Shown here piece by piece: positions 9,651 through 20,351 of a stretch of 47,671 nt of DNA; positions within the stretch are counted from its first letter, which is position 1; every line of letters begins with the position of its first letter. Position numbers and translations under genes: made by a program. Below the pieces are notes generated by a model. The model was not told the origin of the DNA and did no database searches. It was given only the letters and a program-made list of their open reading frames with translations. The stretch spans positions 4,130-51,800 of the forward strand of contig CAZYHW010000002.1 of assembly GCA_964647405.1 (NCBI GenBank), written 5' to 3'. Source of the stretch: an uncultured Prevotellamassilia sp. (GTDB lineage Bacteria > Bacteroidota > Bacteroidia > Bacteroidales > Bacteroidaceae).

Positions 9651-9686
9651 GAGGGGCGGTGACATCATTGTGTGTCACCGCCCCTC
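9651..9686 (+). terminator. hairpin terminator after the fucosidase-GEVED operon
   Basis: 14-bp perfect stem GAGGGGCGGTGACA/TGTCACCGCCCCTC. Confidence 0.7.
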
Positions 9687-9882
9687 TTGCGTTTCTATAC
9701 AAAAGAATTATCCCCCTCCCTAAACTGTAATTTGGGGAGGCCATAAAGGCAGGGAATATATCCCAATCCCGAGTAAAGGCATGCCGAAACAGAGGGCGGG
9801 AAGCCACCGACAACCAACTCCGCATCGGCATTGCACATATTTCTGTACATGGCAAGGATTCCTTGTACAGAATATGCAAAAT

Positions 9883-9983
9883 CCTATCGGCGTACTTGCG
9901 ACGAGCAGACGGCGACTTGTGAAAACTATCCGGCGACTAAAACAAACTATCCGGCGACCCGTAATGCCGGACAGCCGACTTGT
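9883..9983. repeat. 21-bp-period palindrome array 4 (4 units plus 1 degenerate)
   Basis: Centres at (9891), 9912, 9933, 9954, 9975; includes ACTATCCG half-site variants. Confidence 0.85.
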
Positions 9984-10261
9984 GATTTCTGTCCACGCGG
10001 CAGTCTGCCCCGTGACGGGTTGAAATCTGTCAAAAACACTAACGGCCTTGCCGGGAGGCATATCCCGGATGACAATGACCCCAACAGTTCTCCCCGCACA
10101 GGTGTCAAGACCGTCTGTCACGGGAAGCACCGTGGTTTGAAGGGCTGATGGGCATAAATCCATCGCCTACCGCCTTTCCCAATCGCCATAACGTGCCAAC
10201 AGGTTCACTGCCCGCAACACATTCTTACGCATCTATGGACACAGGAAACGCTTTGAGATTC

Positions 10262-10301
10262 AGAAACAAAGAAGGCAAGACTTTCAGTAAAGCCTTGCCT
10301 T
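10262..10301 (-). terminator. terminator downstream of tRNA-Arg
   Basis: AAGGCAAG...CTTGCCTT stem followed on the minus strand by TTTGTTTCT. Confidence 0.6.
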
Positions 10302-10304
10302 TCG

Positions 10305-10378
10305 TGACTCCGCTGGGACTCAAACCCAGAACCGTCAGAACCGGAATCTGATGCTCTATTCAATTAAGCTACGGAGCC
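10305..10378 (-). tRNA. tRNA-Arg(CCG)
   Basis: Cloverleaf: acceptor GGCTCCG/CGGAGTC, anticodon arm TCAGA-TTCCGGT-TCTGA, T arm CTGGG-TTTGAGT-CCCAG; CCA not encoded; TACCTTTG promoter element at 10388-10395. Confidence 0.93.
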
Positions 10379-10557
10379 TTTCGCGTGCAAAGGTAACACT
10401 TTCCGGAAAAACGGGGCGCGAATCCATTCGTTTTTTTCTTCCCCGCCCCGATACGGAAGTCCGATTACGCAATCCTCGGAGCGGATACGAGCAGTCTGTG
10501 AGCGTTACCGCATGGCGGGCAACTTACTCGAAATTCATGAGTTAAGTGTTCCTATGA

Positions 10558-10591
10558 TGCGGCGCGGGTGGTTTTTTCCACCCGCGCCGCA
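10558..10591. terminator. hairpin downstream of second AlkD-like gene
   Basis: 14-bp perfect stem TGCGGCGCGGGTGG/CCACCCGCGCCGCA. Confidence 0.6.
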
Positions 10592-10605
10592 CAAGGATTT
10601 ATCGG

Positions 10606-11214
10606 TCAGCCCTCCACAGCATCCAGCATGGCTTCGATGCGTGAAGAATAGTGTGGACAAACATCTTCGAACTTTACCAGACATTTGGCTGCGGCCAAAC
10701 GGACAGAGACATCGGCGTCATGCAGTGCCGTACCGGCCTGGTCAAGCAGTTCCTCGGCATCACGCTCAACAGGGATTCCCCCCTTCATCAGCAGGCGTGC
10801 CATGAGCAGGAAACCGCAAAGGCGGGTCATCGCCTCGTCTGCGGCCATCCATTCAAACGCCTTCTGCGAGGCAAAGGGCAGGCGGGCGAACAGGTGCATG
10901 ACCGTGTATTCCGCTTCTTCGGGGAAACGCATCTGCCGCACCCACTCGTCGGCTTCCGCAGGCGTAAAGGCTTCGGCGGGCTGCACCATGGGAGCCAGGA
11001 GGCGCATCTCACGCACATCCTCGCCCCAAAGGGCGACCGCCAGTTCGCGGGTGTGTGGCAAGCGGGCGGCCAACTCCTGCAAGCGCACGGCATCCACCCC
11101 GAAATTGAGTTTATAGGTCAACCCCTTGGCACGCATCGACGCGCTCACAGGACCATTCATCATACCGCGCAACTCGACACGCAGTTCTTTCAGCTGTTCG
11201 GCGATGTTGTCCAT
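10606..11214 (-). CDS. DNA alkylation repair family protein (HEAT-repeat)
   Basis: MMNGPVSASMRAKGLTYKLNFGV and LAVALWGEDVRE, typical of the Bacteroidales form; ATG 11214 lies 4 nt after the DPP III stop. Confidence 0.75.
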   Translation of the reverse strand: MDNIAEQLKELRVELRGMMNGPVSASMRAKGLTYKLNFGVDAVRLQELAARLPHTRELAVALWGEDVREMRLLAPMVQPAEAFTPAEADEWVRQMRFPEEAEYTVMHLFARLPFASQKAFEWMAADEAMTRLCGFLLMARLLMKGGIPVERDAEELLDQAGTALHDADVSVRLAAAKCLVKFEDVCPHYSSRIEAMLDAVEG

Positions 11215-11218
11215 GAGG

Positions 11219-13246
11219 TTAGTCGTTGATGTCGGGCAGGTTGTTGTAGTCGCGGCTGTAACGCAGCATCTGGGCATCGTAAGCCTCGTCGTAGCTCACC
11301 TTGATGTCGGTGATGTTCCCCTCGGCATCGCGCACGGGCGTATAGACGGGGTTGATGAAGCCCTTGTACGGCGAGAGGTTCAACTTCTCGTAACGAGCCA
11401 GTATTTCCGCATGCAGTGTGGGGTCGACCTGCACGCCGTATTCTTCGACCAGGGCACGGGCACCGGCAAAATCACCTTCGCTCTTGATGCGCTGCACCTC
11501 GGCCAACAGTTTCCCGAAAAGGCCACGCAGGGCTTCATAGTCGTTGATGCGGACGTAGGTCTTGCCCTCGCGTTCCACCAGTTCGACAACCTTGTCGGCC
11601 TTTCCGTGCTCATAGGCCCAGCGGGCAATGAGCGCGCGGTTGCGCATGTGGGCTTCCTCGATGTTGAGACCGGGTTTGATGCGCACAAGCTGCGTCATGA
11701 GACCGTTAAGCATATAACTGTAATATTGCGACTTGTAGGCTTCGAGATTGGGAGTCAGTCCCAGTTCGACGAGTTTCGGGTCGGCGATGTAGTACAGGCC
11801 GAAGAGATCGGCGCGAGCCTCCTCTATGGTAGCTCCGTAGGCGCGGAGAGAATCGGGGTCGGTGCCGGGAAGAAGTTTTCCGCTGCCGTGGCCGAGACAC
11901 TCGTGCAAGTCGGTATGCAGGTCGTCGCATACGTCGCCATACTTGGCGATGAGCGCGCGCGTTTCGTCGTCTATGATGAACTCTTCGTCCATTCCGCTGC
12001 CATGCGCGGCGTGGTTATAGGCGGAAGTAAGGTTGCCGATGGTCACACTCTTCGACCCGTGTTCCTTGCGTACCCAATCGGAGTTCGGGAGGTTGATTCC
12101 GATAGCCGTCGAGGGGTAGAGGTCGCCCCCAAGCATGGCCGCCGTAATCACCTTGGCCGAGATGCCACGGCACTCTTCCTTTTTGAAACGAGGATCGACG
12201 GGAGAATTATCCTCAAACCACTGGGCATTGGCACTCAACTTCTCGGTGCGTAACGTGGCCTCGTGGTCTTTGAAGTTGACGATGGACTCCCAGCTGGCCT
12301 TCATGCCGAGCGGATCGCCGTAGGTCTCTGTGAAGCCGTTCACGAAGTCTACTGTTCCTTTCGTGTCGCCGAGCCAGAGGATGCTGTAAGCATCGAAGGT
12401 GCGCAAGTCGCCCGTGCGGTAATACGCGATAAGCGTGTCGATCACCTGCTCCTGCTCCGGTGTGTCGGCAAAGGGGCGCGCCTGTTCGAGGCAGGCGATG
12501 ATGCGGTCGATGGCCGCGCCGTAGAGTCCGCCCGAACGCCACACCTTCTCCACGAGTTGCCCGTTCTCTTTCACGAGACGGCTGTTGAGTCCCATCATGA
12601 CGGGATGCGGGTCACTGAGGTTCTTTTTCGCCGTATAGAAAGCCTCTGCCTCGGCTTGCGTCACGCCCGGGCCGTAATAGTTTCCCGCCGACGTGAGCAC
12701 GAGGTCGTCGCCGTCTTTCTGGTTCACGCGCATGGGCATCACCGAGGGGTCGAAGATGACGGGGAACAGCTCATCGCAGAAATCGTCGACGGTTTGCCCG
12801 GGAAGCAAGTGGAGTTTCTCAGGGTCGAGCTGCTTCACTGCGGCACGCAGGTCGGCCTCGGAGAATCCGGGAACGAACTTCTCCGAACCGTAGTGGTGAT
12901 GGATGCCGCTGCTGAACCAGACCCGTTTCAAGTAAACGGCGAGGGCTTTGTAGAAGTCGCCCGTCCGGTCGCCCGCATAGTCCGTGTAAACGGCTTCGAG
13001 CATACGGCGGATGCGCAGGTTGTAACGGCCGTTTTGGTCGAAAAGTATGTCACGGCCTTGCAGGGCGGCCTCCGAGAGATAATAGACGAGCGTCTTCTGG
13101 CGCAAAGTCAGTTCGTCGAATCCCGACACCTTGTAACGGAGCATCTGGATGTCGGCAAACTGCTCGTCGGTGTACTTGAAATCGTCCGCTACGGCGGGCG
13201 TGAGCGAACTTGCGGCTACAAGCATGGTGAATAACTGTTTTTTCAT
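11219..13246 (-). CDS. dipeptidyl-peptidase III (peptidase M49)
   Basis: HECLGH zinc motif and EEARAD motif; N-terminal signal peptide. Confidence 0.93.
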   Translation of the reverse strand: MKKQLFTMLVAASSLTPAVADDFKYTDEQFADIQMLRYKVSGFDELTLRQKTLVYYLSEAALQGRDILFDQNGRYNLRIRRMLEAVYTDYAGDRTGDFYKALAVYLKRVWFSSGIHHHYGSEKFVPGFSEADLRAAVKQLDPEKLHLLPGQTVDDFCDELFPVIFDPSVMPMRVNQKDGDDLVLTSAGNYYGPGVTQAEAEAFYTAKKNLSDPHPVMMGLNSRLVKENGQLVEKVWRSGGLYGAAIDRIIACLEQARPFADTPEQEQVIDTLIAYYRTGDLRTFDAYSILWLGDTKGTVDFVNGFTETYGDPLGMKASWESIVNFKDHEATLRTEKLSANAQWFEDNSPVDPRFKKEECRGISAKVITAAMLGGDLYPSTAIGINLPNSDWVRKEHGSKSVTIGNLTSAYNHAAHGSGMDEEFIIDDETRALIAKYGDVCDDLHTDLHECLGHGSGKLLPGTDPDSLRAYGATIEEARADLFGLYYIADPKLVELGLTPNLEAYKSQYYSYMLNGLMTQLVRIKPGLNIEEAHMRNRALIARWAYEHGKADKVVELVEREGKTYVRINDYEALRGLFGKLLAEVQRIKSEGDFAGARALVEEYGVQVDPTLHAEILARYEKLNLSPYKGFINPVYTPVRDAEGNITDIKVSYDEAYDAQMLRYSRDYNNLPDIND

Positions 13247-13392
13247 TTTTACGGTTGTTGTTTGGGTTTTCTCTTGTCTGGTCAGGCTCCGGATTGGACG
13301 CGGTTTGCTTTCCTTTGTTTCCCGGTTTGTCCAACCCGGTGGTGTTTCCGCATCGACCCGCGGCCATGTCCGTGCAGCGGGAACGGCCGGAC

Positions 13393-14139
13393 TTACGACG
13401 CGGTGTCCGACGGGAGCGGTTTCACGCCGATGCTCCCCCGTCCGGTGTTATGTTGCTCGATGTTCCCGGCCACGCCGAGCTGCGTGGCATCTATGCGCCC
13501 TATGCCGTCCACCGACAGGCGCGCGGCGCGAGCCATACCACCAATTTCCACCTCGCCCGTTCCGCCGACGCTGACGGACACACTGTCGGCCGCCACGGCG
13601 GACAGACTGGCCTGGGCGGCTCCACCGAGCGACAGGGACAGGCAACGGGCTTCGAGAAACCGGGCCGAGAGCTGCCGGTTGCCGTCCAGCTCGACGGTGA
13701 GGGAATCGCCGCTTGTGACGCTCCCAAGGTCGGATGCGCCCGCCCCGTCAAGGCGGAACACACCGGGCACAGGGGCGTAGACGGTGGCGAAAAGGTAATG
13801 CTTCACGTCAATCTCCTCTACCCCGTTCGCCGCCGGGTCACTCGCAAGGCGTATGGACAGCGTGCTGTCGGCCACTGTGGCCATCGCGCGGCCTGCGAGG
13901 TCGGGATGGACAACCACTTCTACTCGTGCATCGCCGTTTTCCGACTGCACGAAGCAGAGGCTGCCGAAACCGTCATAGTCGAGGACGTGGAAAGCCGGCA
14001 CGTCGAACGTGAGGCGGGCGTACCCGGTGGTGTCGATGGGCACAGAGCCGTAAAAGGCAGTGTGGTCGGACGACTGGCCGGAGTGACAGGACGCCAAGGC
14101 CAGCGCAAGGATGGGGAGGTGAAGGATATTCAATCGCAT
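13393..14139 (-). CDS. lipoprotein with DUF2807/GIN-like beta-helical domain
   Basis: Lipobox LALASC; repeated (L/V)x(L/V)xGxG motifs; ATG at 14139. Confidence 0.7.
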   Translation of the reverse strand: MRLNILHLPILALALASCHSGQSSDHTAFYGSVPIDTTGYARLTFDVPAFHVLDYDGFGSLCFVQSENGDARVEVVVHPDLAGRAMATVADSTLSIRLASDPAANGVEEIDVKHYLFATVYAPVPGVFRLDGAGASDLGSVTSGDSLTVELDGNRQLSARFLEARCLSLSLGGAAQASLSAVAADSVSVSVGGTGEVEIGGMARAARLSVDGIGRIDATQLGVAGNIEQHNTGRGSIGVKPLPSDTAS

Positions 14140-14159
14140 GGTGTTCTCTTTTAGTGCCG

Positions 14160-14239
14160 ACAAGTCGGCGACCCGGCAAAACAGGTCGGCGACCCGTTTG
14201 AACAAGTCGGCGACCCGGACAGACGGGACGGCGACCCGT
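14160..14239. repeat. 21-bp-period palindrome array 5 (4 units)
   Basis: ACARGTCGGCGACCCG(G/T) x3 plus ACGGGACGGCGACCCGT; centres at 14168, 14189, 14210, 14231; fills most of a 108-bp gap between co-oriented genes. Confidence 0.92.
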
Positions 14240-14247
14240 TGGCGGGG

Positions 14248-14925
14248 TCAAAGATAATCATCAATCGTGTCGTTGACAAAATCGAGGAAAGGCTTCATCA
14301 CTGCAAACGCGTCGACCGTCCTTTCCATCCAGTCCGGATGGTCGAAAAACGTGTCGTCGACGGCATGTCCCACGCAGTAGTCCTTGCAGCGGATATAGTC
14401 CGGCCAAGGAAAATCGCGCGGGAATCCCTTGGGCACGGTCTTGACACGTTCCACGCCGATGACGGGGAAGAGTGTGCGGAACCGCTCTTCCTCCACGATG
14501 TCCCGGAACTCGTCGATACGGTCGACCACGCTCTCACGCACGGCACGCAGCAGTTTCGGTTCGAGGCAGTACGAGCCGCCCGCAATTTCGCACCCACCGG
14601 GTTGCAGGTGCAGGTAGTAACCGCCGTGGGGCGACTTCTTTCCCCTCGGGTTGATGTAGGCACCCATGTGACGCTTGTAGGGCGACTTGTCGGGCGAGAA
14701 GCGCGTATCGCGGTAGAAGCGGTACGTGCAGTCCTTGACCGTGAGCGAAGCCACGGCCGGCTCCACCCGCGCGAGGGCATGGATAAGGTCGGCCGTCAGG
14801 CTCTCGAAAGCGGCACGCGCCGCCTCGTATTCGTCACGGTGCTCGGCCATCCAGCCGCGGTCGTTGTGGCTGGCTATCTCGGTAAGGAAGCGGAGCACGA
14901 GGGCAGGACGTTTGTCTTTTTCCAT
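14248..14925 (-). CDS. DUF2461 family protein
   Basis: HNDRGWMAEHRDEY, YRFYRDTRFSPDKSPYK, GYYLHLQPG and KTVPKGFPRD; ATG at 14925. Confidence 0.88.
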   Translation of the reverse strand: MEKDKRPALVLRFLTEIASHNDRGWMAEHRDEYEAARAAFESLTADLIHALARVEPAVASLTVKDCTYRFYRDTRFSPDKSPYKRHMGAYINPRGKKSPHGGYYLHLQPGGCEIAGGSYCLEPKLLRAVRESVVDRIDEFRDIVEEERFRTLFPVIGVERVKTVPKGFPRDFPWPDYIRCKDYCVGHAVDDTFFDHPDWMERTVDAFAVMKPFLDFVNDTIDDYL

Positions 14926-14954
14926 GTAGCTGTTATGTTTTAAGTACGGGGATG

Positions 14955-16412
14955 TCACCGGTCTTTCCAGAAACCCGGTGCGAAGGGAAGCAAGAGCGAG
15001 AAGATTTCGAGGCGACCGGCCAACATCAGGAACGAGCAGATCCACAGCCCCGTGTCGCCCAGTCCGTTCCATGCGTCGAGAGGGCTGAACAGATGCCCCA
15101 GTGCCGGTCCGGCATTGCTGGACGACGAGATGCAGAACGCGAACGAATCGAGCAATGGAAGTCCCGTCATGACGAGAACGACGGTCGCGACGATGTTCAT
15201 CAGGACATATAGGACAGAAAAGGCGATGAGCGTGCGCCACACCTGGGCGTTGATGACCGTGCCGCCGACACTTACGGGCAGGACGGCGCGGGGATGGAGG
15301 ATGCGCTTGAACTCGCCGAAAGCCAGCTTGACCAGCGTCAGCAGACGGATACACTTGAAACCGCCCGCGGTGCTCCCGGCACACGCGCCGACGGCCATGA
15401 CAAAGAGCATGAGCAGCCACGTGAACGGAGGCCACTGACGGAAATCATAGGAAACGAAACCGGTGGTCGACTGACAGGAAACGACGTTGAAAGCTGCCTC
15501 GCGCACGGCGCGTTCGATGCTGTAACCGCCACCAAAGTAGAGCGTGGCGGCAATGACGACCGAAACGCCCACGCAGAGTGCCACGAAACAGCGCAGCTCA
15601 CCGTCGCGCCATACGTCCCGTAGCCGTCCCTTGACAAACAACAGGTATAACAGGGTGAAATTGATGCCCGACACGAACATGAAAGCCAGCTCCACGTATT
15701 CCACCGTGGCCGACCCGAACCAGGCGATGCCGTCCTGATGGGTCGAGATGCCTCCCGTGGCCACCGTGGACATGGCATGGTTGACGGCATCAAACGGCTC
15801 CATGCCCGCCAACCATAGTGCCACGGCACAGGAGGCCGTCAGGAAGAGATAGATGCCCCACAACCATCGCGCGGTCGTGCGGATGCGGGGATGCAGTTTG
15901 CCGAGCTTCATGCCGGTAGCCTCGGCCGAAAACAGCCGCAGGTCGCCCGTTCCGACTGTCGGCAGGACAGCTATCGTGAAAAAGACGATGCCCATGCCGC
16001 CAAACCAATGCATCAAACTCCGCCAGACATGCACCGAGCGCGGAAGGCTGTCTATTTGGGTCAAGACGGTGGCTCCGGTGGTGGTGAAGCCCGACATGGC
16101 TTCGAAAAAGGCAGCCGACACACGCGTCTCGTAGCCCCCGACCAACAGGGGGAGCATCCCCACGGCGGCATAGAGCAGCCATGTGAGCGAAACGACGAGA
16201 TAACCGTCGCGGCGGTTCATGCGGTGGGACGCGCCACGTCCGACGTATTTCAATCCTACTCCCAAAGCCACCGCGACGGCTGCCGGGACGAGGAAAGTGG
16301 CGATGGCAGGCTCACCATACCCCACCCCGACCGCCAGGCAGGCCAACATGAGCACCGCTTCGAGGAAAAGGAGCGAACCAAGAATACTGTAAATAAGTCG
16401 GACGTTAATCAT
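14955..16412 (-). CDS. trkH: Trk potassium uptake membrane protein
   Basis: FFEAMSGFTTTGAT, WFGGMG, CAGSTAGGFK and MLAGRLEI; many TM helices. Confidence 0.95.
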   Translation of the reverse strand: MINVRLIYSILGSLLFLEAVLMLACLAVGVGYGEPAIATFLVPAAVAVALGVGLKYVGRGASHRMNRRDGYLVVSLTWLLYAAVGMLPLLVGGYETRVSAAFFEAMSGFTTTGATVLTQIDSLPRSVHVWRSLMHWFGGMGIVFFTIAVLPTVGTGDLRLFSAEATGMKLGKLHPRIRTTARWLWGIYLFLTASCAVALWLAGMEPFDAVNHAMSTVATGGISTHQDGIAWFGSATVEYVELAFMFVSGINFTLLYLLFVKGRLRDVWRDGELRCFVALCVGVSVVIAATLYFGGGYSIERAVREAAFNVVSCQSTTGFVSYDFRQWPPFTWLLMLFVMAVGACAGSTAGGFKCIRLLTLVKLAFGEFKRILHPRAVLPVSVGGTVINAQVWRTLIAFSVLYVLMNIVATVVLVMTGLPLLDSFAFCISSSSNAGPALGHLFSPLDAWNGLGDTGLWICSFLMLAGRLEIFSLLLPFAPGFWKDR

Positions 16413-16427
16413 AACCGGCAGGTCTAG

Positions 16428-17774
16428 TCAGTTAAAATACCCTGCGAGCTTCTTAATGGTATTTTCCAGGCAGAATGCCATGACCGTGTCGCCGGGTCGA
16501 ATCTGCGTTGTGCCGTTAATGAGGAAGCCACGGCCTCCCCGCACGAGGCCGCCCAGCGTCACCGTATCGGGCAAGTGGAGGTCGCGCACGGGGCGGCGGG
16601 TCACTTTCGCTCCCTCGGCCACTACGAACTCCGCCACGTCGGCCTTAGCCACCGTGAGGCATTTCATGTTCGTCACGTCGGCTTTGAGCATCATCTGGTA
16701 GATATGACCGGCAGCAAAGGTCTTCTTGTTGATAATCGAGCCTATGTCGAGGCTCTCCGCCATGCTTACATAGTCCGAATTCTCCACGCGAGCCACCGTC
16801 TTGCGCACGCCGAGCCGCTTGGCAGCCAGGCAAGCCAGTATGTTGGCCTCGGCGCTGTCGGTAAGGGCGGCAAAGGCCTGCACACCTGCGATACCTTCCT
16901 CTTGCAGGAGTTCAAGGTCGCGACCGTCACCATGTATGACCAGGACGTGTCGCCGCCCGTCCAGCATCTCGCTTAGCTGGCGGCATCGTTCCTCGTCGGC
17001 CTCGATGACTTTCGCATGCATGTAATCGGGCAGGTTGCGCAGGGCTTGGAGCGTCGTGTCGCCTCCCCCCATGAAGATAACGTCGCGCACGTCGGGATAG
17101 TCCTGTTTCCCTGCCTGCTCCTTGACGTAAGGAATGTAGAGGGGCGTCGTCATGAAATATACCACGTCGCCATGGTGCAGGCTGTCGTCGCCGTGCGGAA
17201 TGAGGGTGTCGGAACCGCGCTTGACGGCGACGACGTGGTAAGGCGAATCGTGCCCACACAAGTCCTTCAAGGGGATATCGAGTATCGAAGCACCGCGACG
17301 CACCTTCACACCCAGCATGACGAGCAGGCCATCGTGCACCTCCCACCACTGGCGTGTCCAGCTGCGGCGTATGGTCGCCATGATTTCACGACCGGCCAGC
17401 ATCTCAGGATAAATGATAGAGCCGATGCCCACGCTGCGGAAGAAGTCTTGGTTCTCTGGCGTAGTGTTCTCCTCATTGTCCACGCGAGCCACCGTTTTGC
17501 GCGCCCCGAGCTTGCTGGCCAGCATGCAACTGGTCATGTTGTGTGCCTCGTCGGGCGTGACGGCGATAAAGAGGTCTGCTTTTCCTGCTCCCGCCTCGCG
17601 AAGCCCCGCAATGGAAAGCGGCGAGGCACAGATAGTCATCAGGTCAAAGTCGGAACCAAGTCCTTCGAGCCGGCTCGCCGTGTCGTCCATCAGGACGATA
17701 TCATGTTGTTCGCGGGAGAAGAGTTTGGCCAAGTGGGTACCCACCGCACCTGCACCGGCGATGATGATTCTCAT
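16428..17774 (-). CDS. trkA: Trk potassium uptake NAD-binding subunit
   Basis: [10 protein letters not shown] Rossmann motif, two RCK halves, adjacent to trkH. Confidence 0.95.
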   Translation of the reverse strand: MRIIIAGAGAVGTHLAKLFSREQHDIVLMDDTASRLEGLGSDFDLMTICASPLSIAGLREAGAGKADLFIAVTPDEAHNMTSCMLASKLGARKTVARVDNEENTTPENQDFFRSVGIGSIIYPEMLAGREIMATIRRSWTRQWWEVHDGLLVMLGVKVRRGASILDIPLKDLCGHDSPYHVVAVKRGSDTLIPHGDDSLHHGDVVYFMTTPLYIPYVKEQAGKQDYPDVRDVIFMGGGDTTLQALRNLPDYMHAKVIEADEERCRQLSEMLDGRRHVLVIHGDGRDLELLQEEGIAGVQAFAALTDSAEANILACLAAKRLGVRKTVARVENSDYVSMAESLDIGSIINKKTFAAGHIYQMMLKADVTNMKCLTVAKADVAEFVVAEGAKVTRRPVRDLHLPDTVTLGGLVRGGRGFLINGTTQIRPGDTVMAFCLENTIKKLAGYFN

Positions 17775-19693
17775 TTCGGGAGATTTTTACGGATGGCGGC
17801 CGCAATGCCGTCCTCGTCAAGCCCCACGATGTGATAGAGCGAGGCGAGGTCTCCGTGTTCGACGAAACTGTCGGGAAGCCCAAGGCGTTCGACATGCACG
17901 GCGTAGCCTTGGTCGTTAAAGTATTCCAACACTGCCGACCCCATGCCGCCAGCCCGCACGCCGTCCTCGACGGTGACGACGCGGGAAAAGGCTTTCCCTA
18001 TCTCGTCGAGCATCTGCGTGTCAAGTGGTTTGAGGAAACGCAGGTCGTAGTGCGCCACGCTGACGGCTTGTCCGGCGAGTGCACATTCTTCCTCGACACG
18101 GCGAATGGCCGCGGCGGCCACATTCCCCACAGGTCCAAGCGTGACGACCGCCAGGTCGTTCCCTTCTTTCAGCCGTCGGCCACGTCCTACGGGTACCTCA
18201 CTGAGCGGGCAGTGCCAATTGCTCAAATGACCACGTCCGCGGGGATAGCGGATGACGAAGAAGCCGTGTCCGGGGAGCTGGGCGGTGAACATCAGGCGGC
18301 GCAGCTCTTGTTCGTCATAGGGCGAGGCTATGGTGACGTTCGGAATGGGACGCAGGGCGGCTAGGTCGAAAGCCCCATGATGCGTCGGGCCGTCCTCCCC
18401 CACCAGACCGGCACGGTCGAGACAGAGCACGACGGGAAGCCCAAGCAGGGCGACATCGTGGATAATCTGGTCGTAAGCCCGTTGGGCGAAAGAGGAATAG
18501 ATGTTACAGAAAGGAACGAGCCCGTCCTTAGCCATACCGGCAGAGAAAGTGACGGCGTGGCCTTCGGCAATGCCGACGTCGAACGTGCGGTCGGGCATAC
18601 GGCTCATCATGATGTTCATCGAGCAACCCGTGGCCATGGCGGGCGTGACGCCGACGATGGAGGGGTTAGCTTCCGCCAGTTCGACAAGCGTCTGCCCGAA
18701 CACATCCTGGAAACGGGGCGGTTGTCCGTTCGTGTCCTCGACCAGCCGGACACCCTGTGCGGGGTCGAACCGACCCGGCGCATGCCATTCGCACGGGGAT
18801 TTCTCGGCAGGAGTGAAGCCCTTGCCCTTGACAGTATGCACGTGGAGCAGCTTCGGCCCTTCCATGTCCTTGATTTCGCGGAACACGCGCACGAGTGTCT
18901 CCACATTGTTTCCGTCCACAGGGCCGAAATAGCGTATGTCCAGTCCCTCGAACATGTTCCGCTGGCCTTGTAACAGGCTTTTGAGCGCATTGTTAAAGCG
19001 GATGATACGCCCGCGCTGCTCTACACCCAGCATACCGTGCCGCCGTGCCCACTGCGAAAGCTTGAAACGCACGCGGTTATAGGCCGAACTGGTATGGAGG
19101 TTCATGAGATACTGTTTGAGGCCACCGACGCTGCGGTCGATGCTCATGTTGTTGTCGTTCAGGATGATGAGCAGGTTGTTAGGCGTGGAGGATGCGTTAT
19201 TAAGCCCCTCGAAGGCCAAGCCGCCACTCATGGAACCGTCGCCAATGACGGCCACCACCTTGCGCTCGGTATGTCCCTCGCGGAGTGCCGCCACGGACAT
19301 GCCCAATGCCGCACTGATGGAATTGCTGGCATGACCGCACGCAAACGTATCGTAAACGCTCTCCTTGGGCGTTGGAAAAGGTGCAAGGCCATGGAACTTA
19401 CGATTGGTCGAAAAAGCATCACGTCGGCCGGTCAGGAGTTTGTGGGCATAAGCCTGATGTCCCACGTCCCATACAATCCTGTCATCCGGCGTGTTAAAGA
19501 CATAGTGCAACGCTACACACAATTCCACCGCACCGAGGCTCGAAGCGAAATGTCCCGAATTACGGGACAGTTCGTCGATAATATCGCGTCGAATCTCTGC
19601 ACATACTTGCGGCAACAATTCGGGGCGTAGCCGTCGCAAGTCCGCAGGACTGTTTATCTGTCCAAGCAATTCATAGTCTGTCTGTCCGTCCAT
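17771..19693 (-). CDS. dxs: 1-deoxy-D-xylulose-5-phosphate synthase
   Basis: [31 protein letters not shown] and [15 protein letters not shown]; ATG 19693 lies downstream of TAACTTTG at 19715-19722. Confidence 0.97.
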   Translation of the reverse strand: MDGQTDYELLGQINSPADLRRLRPELLPQVCAEIRRDIIDELSRNSGHFASSLGAVELCVALHYVFNTPDDRIVWDVGHQAYAHKLLTGRRDAFSTNRKFHGLAPFPTPKESVYDTFACGHASNSISAALGMSVAALREGHTERKVVAVIGDGSMSGGLAFEGLNNASSTPNNLLIILNDNNMSIDRSVGGLKQYLMNLHTSSAYNRVRFKLSQWARRHGMLGVEQRGRIIRFNNALKSLLQGQRNMFEGLDIRYFGPVDGNNVETLVRVFREIKDMEGPKLLHVHTVKGKGFTPAEKSPCEWHAPGRFDPAQGVRLVEDTNGQPPRFQDVFGQTLVELAEANPSIVGVTPAMATGCSMNIMMSRMPDRTFDVGIAEGHAVTFSAGMAKDGLVPFCNIYSSFAQRAYDQIIHDVALLGLPVVLCLDRAGLVGEDGPTHHGAFDLAALRPIPNVTIASPYDEQELRRLMFTAQLPGHGFFVIRYPRGRGHLSNWHCPLSEVPVGRGRRLKEGNDLAVVTLGPVGNVAAAAIRRVEEECALAGQAVSVAHYDLRFLKPLDTQMLDEIGKAFSRVVTVEDGVRAGGMGSAVLEYFNDQGYAVHVERLGLPDSFVEHGDLASLYHIVGLDEDGIAAAIRKNLPK

Positions 19694-19830
19694 GTATCCA
19701 CGGGATAACTTTTGCAAAGTTAATACAAAAAAACGAGTTTCTGTCTTATTCCTGGATTTGGAAGCCGTAACTGTATGGAAAGAATAGGAAAGAAGGAGTG
19801 GGTTTCCTGCTTAAAAACAACGGGGGTGCA

Positions 19831-20160
19831 TCCGGCTGTAAATGCGACAAAGTGCGGAGGTCATCCACATCCCGCAGGCACCGCATCCCGCCCGCTGTGG
19901 AACAAACACCACGCTCCATACATCCCCGTCCCCCCGCCCGCTGTTGCGGAACGAGCCGCCAAGAGAAGGAACCGATTTCGCAGGAAACCCCATCAGGTCG
20001 CCGACTTGTTACGCCGGGTCGCCGACCCGTTGCATTAAGTCGGCGACCCGGCACAACGGACAGCCGATCCGTCTCCACTGTCCGCCCCATCGTCCGACAG
20101 ACCACGGTTTTTCAATGTTCCGGAACTATACCCGGCTGAAAAACGTCGCGTTCCTATTTG
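19831..20160 (+). repeat. ~330-bp dispersed element, copy B (contains array 6)
   Basis: Colinear with 3936-4263; same orientation on the + strand. Confidence 0.85.
19993..20072. repeat. 21-bp-period palindrome array 6 (4 units)
   Basis: Centres at 20001, 20022, 20043, 20064; spacers tacg, tgca, caca. Confidence 0.92.
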
Positions 20161-20277
20161 GATTCTTCACTTCACAGAACGCCGTCATCTCCTTGTTGTA
20201 TTTCCCTCTATGCATACCTGGAAAACTTTATAAATCTCAGGCACGCCTTTTCAGGAAGCAAGATAAATCCAATCACA

Positions 20278-20319
20278 GAAAAAGGGCGTATGCCTGTCAC
20301 AATGACAGACATACGCCCT
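20278..20319 (-). terminator. intrinsic terminator after rho
   Basis: AGGGCGTATG-CTGTCA/TGACAG-CATACGCCCT stem with a minus-strand T run. Confidence 0.75.
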
Positions 20320-20351
20320 ATGAGTCTGTGTTCTCTCTCCCTGTAAGCAGG

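Noticed and set aside
6137-10378. Genomic island integrated at the tRNA-Arg 3' end
   Set aside because: No integrase and no duplicated tRNA 3' end found in the window.
11888-11905. HECLGH instead of HELLGH in DPP III
   Set aside because: Known variant of Bacteroidales DPP III enzymes.
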